In this document: one piece after another, positions 35,563 through 38,157 of the stretch | How the letters are laid out: each line of letters begins with the position of its first letter | Position numbering within the stretch: the first letter of the stretch is position 1 | Source of the DNA: Candidatus Limnocylindria bacterium | Lineage (GTDB): Bacteria; Chloroflexota; Limnocylindria; Limnocylindrales; CSP1-4 | Direction of reading: 5' to 3' | Assembly (NCBI GenBank): GCA_041483455.1 | Contig: JBGPFS010000003.1 | Coordinates: 1 to 38,157 of the forward strand | Length of the DNA stretch: 38,157 nt | Made by a program: the position numbers and the translations under genes | The notes under the pieces: generated by a model | The model's input: the letters and a program-made list of their open reading frames with translations, nothing else | Told to the model about the DNA's origin: nothing | Databases searched by the model: none

Positions 35563-38157
35563 TCAACCGAAGAGCGTCGTCTGCTGCCCCCCGCGGTGCT
35601 CGACCGCCGGGTCGAGCCCGAGGTACGGCTCGAGCGCCTCGAGGGTCGGGTCCTCGCCCGCGGCCCAGGTCCGGAGGTGGTTCGCCTTGAGGATGTGCCA
35701 GTCGCCCTCCTCGAGGGCGGCGCGGAGGAGCGGCGACCGCTCGAGCTTGTAGCGCACGAGCTCGGTCCGCTCGGGGAGCACGATCAGGAACCGGACGAGA
35801 TCGGGTTCCGGGGCGATGAGGGAGCCGCGCCGGATGAGGGGATCGCCCAGCATCGCGGTCCACTCCACCTCGAACAGGAAGGTCAGCCGGCCGCGCCGGT
35901 GCCAGGTGACGTCGACCTGGTCGATCGCCTCCGCCCGGGCTCGGCCGACATGAGGCGGTCCGGATCGGAACTCCGCGTCGTCGAGCCGGAGCGAGAGGAT
36001 CCGGCCGTCGACCTTGCGCACCTGCTCCCGACTCGCGATCCAGACCCGGAGACCCAGGCGATGGCCGAGGTCCGCGAGCAGGCCGACGAGCTCGCTGTGC
36101 TCGTGCGATCGGCGCAGGAGGTCGTCCGAGGTCACGAGCCGGTCGGGCGTGCTGGCGAGGCTCCGGTAGCTCTCCAGGCAGGCGCCGACGAGCGCTTCGT
36201 CGGGCAGATCGTGGCCGGTGAACAGGCTCGCGATCCGCTCGTTGAAGGCCGACTCGGACAGGTGGGCGCCGGCGGTCGAGAGGAGGCTGAAGACCGCCCA
36301 CTCCACCCGATCCGCCAGGGGGAGGGCGACGGCCGCCTGGTCCTCGCGACCGGCCAGCCACCAGCGGCCGGGCTCGATCTCCTGGATCCGGCGGTGATCG
36401 GGGCGGGTGAGCTCTCCGCGGATGATCGACAGCAAGCGGTCGACCTGGTCGGGGGCGGCGGATCGGGCGGCTCGGGCTCCAGCCCGGATGGCGACCTCGG
36501 GCGCGGCGGGCCGGGCATCAGGGCCGGCGGCATCCGGGCCGGCGGCATCGCGGGTCCCGGGGTCGGCCCCGAGGGCCGCGGCGACGCCGGTCGTCAGGCT
36601 TGAAGGGCCGGGAGCCGCCGCCTCGCCGTCCGTGGATTCGGGAGCCACCAGGCGGCGGAGCTGGCCCGCCCGGTCGAGCCCGACCAGGATCTCGCCGAGC
36701 AGGCGCTCGGTGCGGGCCGGTTCGCCCCGGGCCTGCAGGATCTCCACCACGGTCTCGGTCACCGAGCGCGCGACCGTCGCCTCCGAGAACGGGCCGCGGT
36801 CGAACCGCTCGGGCGGGGCGAAGAGGCCGCGCCCGGGGACCAGGTCCGGATCGCCCACGCCGCCCGGGACGGCCGGCAATCCGACGTTCGCCCGGGTCCG
36901 CGGGCCCTTCGGGATCGGGGCGCCGGGTGGCACGAACTCGACCGTGCCGCCGATCTCCTCGCCGGGCTCCGCGAGCCGCGCGGCGATCAGGCGGTAGCCC
37001 GCGGAGATCCCCCCGAGCGCGGCCGCCACGAGCCCCTCGGGGCCGCCCGATTCGAGCACGAGCACGACCCGGCTGTCGCGGCCCAGGATCGGGGCCGTCG
37101 ACTCGAGCGCCCGCCGGAGCGCGCTCGCCTGCCAGCTCCAGGGGACCCGGCCGGTCGTACCGAAGACGGCCTCGAGCGGCAGGAGCGACGCCGCCTCGCG
37201 ACCCAGCACCCAGCCGGTCGCGAAGTAGGCGAAGGCGACCCGCTCCGGGGTCGGGCGAGCCGGCGGCTGGCCGATGACCAGGCGCACCCGGGGCCGATGA
37301 GCCGCCCGGCTGAGCGCTTCGCCCTCGGCGCCCAGCGCCCGATAGGCCGAGGCGGTCCCCAGCCGGACCACGACGTTCGCCGCACCCTCGGCCAGGCTCT
37401 GGAGGTCCTCGCCGAACCGAACGGTCATCGGTCCGAGCGGCGCGCCCTCGAGCCGCTGGACGAACCCGCGGACCAGTTTGAACCCGTCCTCGAAGGCGAG
37501 CCAGGGATTGCGCTCGCGCCATTGGCCACCGGCGGGCAGGCGGACCCGCCCACCCGAGATCCGGAGGGTCGCGATCCGACCCGGATACCCGTTCAGGCGC
37601 GTCGACGGCAGAAGGGCGTGCAGGAGGGCCAGGCGCATCGCGGCCTCGACGGGCGCCGAGCGGAGATCGCCGTCGATCCGGCCGAGGATGGCGTGGAGCC
37701 CGGCGAGCTGTCGCGGCGTGTGGAGCTCGAGGATCGATTCGACCAGCCCCGTGTCGCCGTCGAGGGTCGGGAAACGCTCCCGGACGGCGCGCCAGGCGGC
37801 GCCCCGCGGGTCGGTGGACCCGATCCGGGCCAGGTCGTCGTCGTCGATCGAGCCGTGGCGCTGGTCTCCCCCGCCCTGCTGGTCGCGGCAGACGGGGCAG
37901 CGGTAGTGCTTGTGGACGGGACGCGGGGCGCCGTCAGGGACCGCCTCCCAGACCACCTCCTCAACGGCGACCTGTCGGCCGCACGTCCCACAGCGACTGC
38001 TGAACCGGTCGCCGATCGAGACCTTGAGGCTGCTCTGCTCGCGTGGGGCGGCAGCGATCGCCTGGAATGCGGCATCGAGGTGGCGGACGTCGGGCGGCCG
38101 GAGGACGACCTCCGCCAGGAGCCGGGTCAGCGGGCTCGTCTCGAGCGTGACCGCCCG
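35563..38157 (-). CDS. Large Zn-ribbon DNA methyltransferase-like protein with C-terminal PD-(D/E)xK-like domain (5' end beyond the window)
   Basis: Frame is open to the window edge (RAVTLETSPLTRLLAEVVL...); CGTC and CPVC pairs; LVIGQPP at the expected DPPY position; VDVTW...FLFEVE near the C-terminus. Confidence 0.65.
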   Translation of the reverse strand, partial: RAVTLETSPLTRLLAEVVLRPPDVRHLDAAFQAIAAAPREQSSLKVSIGDRFSSRCGTCGRQVAVEEVVWEAVPDGAPRPVHKHYRCPVCRDQQGGGDQRHGSIDDDDLARIGSTDPRGAAWRAVRERFPTLDGDTGLVESILELHTPRQLAGLHAILGRIDGDLRSAPVEAAMRLALLHALLPSTRLNGYPGRIATLRISGGRVRLPAGGQWRERNPWLAFEDGFKLVRGFVQRLEGAPLGPMTVRFGEDLQSLAEGAANVVVRLGTASAYRALGAEGEALSRAAHRPRVRLVIGQPPARPTPERVAFAYFATGWVLGREAASLLPLEAVFGTTGRVPWSWQASALRRALESTAPILGRDSRVVLVLESGGPEGLVAAALGGISAGYRLIAARLAEPGEEIGGTVEFVPPGAPIPKGPRTRANVGLPAVPGGVGDPDLVPGRGLFAPPERFDRGPFSEATVARSVTETVVEILQARGEPARTERLLGEILVGLDRAGQLRRLVAPESTDGEAAAPGPSSLTTGVAAALGADPGTRDAAGPDAAGPDARPAAPEVAIRAGARAARSAAPDQVDRLLSIIRGELTRPDHRRIQEIEPGRWWLAGREDQAAVALPLADRVEWAVFSLLSTAGAHLSESAFNERIASLFTGHDLPDEALVGACLESYRSLASTPDRLVTSDDLLRRSHEHSELVGLLADLGHRLGLRVWIASREQVRKVDGRILSLRLDDAEFRSGPPHVGRARAEAIDQVDVTWHRRGRLTFLFEVEWTAMLGDPLIRRGSLIAPEPDLVRFLIVLPERTELVRYKLERSPLLRAALEEGDWHILKANHLRTWAAGEDPTLEALEPYLGLDPAVEHRGGQQTTLFG

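Overview
Very GC-rich bacterial chromosomal segment; gene content and style are compatible with Chloroflexota or a similar Terrabacteria lineage (inference only). It holds about 35 densely packed genes and no rRNA, tRNA, CRISPR array, integrase or transposase. Most long ORFs in the track are antisense shadows, and many true starts lie downstream of the track starts. Housekeeping and metabolic genes include two ABC-2 exporters, SpoIID/LytB, tag, thyX, a purine nucleoside phosphorylase, moaA, acs, MscS and an aminotransferase/IclR/FAD-oxidase cluster. The best candidates for undescribed biology are: (1) a divergent cyclic-nucleotide locus with a class III cyclase-STAND NTPase-TPR protein of non-canonical base-specificity residues, two stand-alone cNMP-binding proteins and a FOXRED2-like flavoprotein; (2) a DnaA-box cluster next to a near-consensus sigma70 promoter that seems to drive a structured ~180-nt non-coding RNA; (3) an orphan acidic coiled-coil protein paired with a receiver-MinD/CpaE ATPase; (4) a degenerate Zn-ribbon DNA methylase/nuclease-like protein ending in a QxxLF motif. 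Smaller oddities are an in-frame amber codon in iclR, a 6-codon uORF created by duplication in front of the cyclase, a perfect 33-bp palindrome, recurrent ~17-bp tandem repeats and many apparently leaderless genes. All family calls come from motif recognition by eye; no database search was run.
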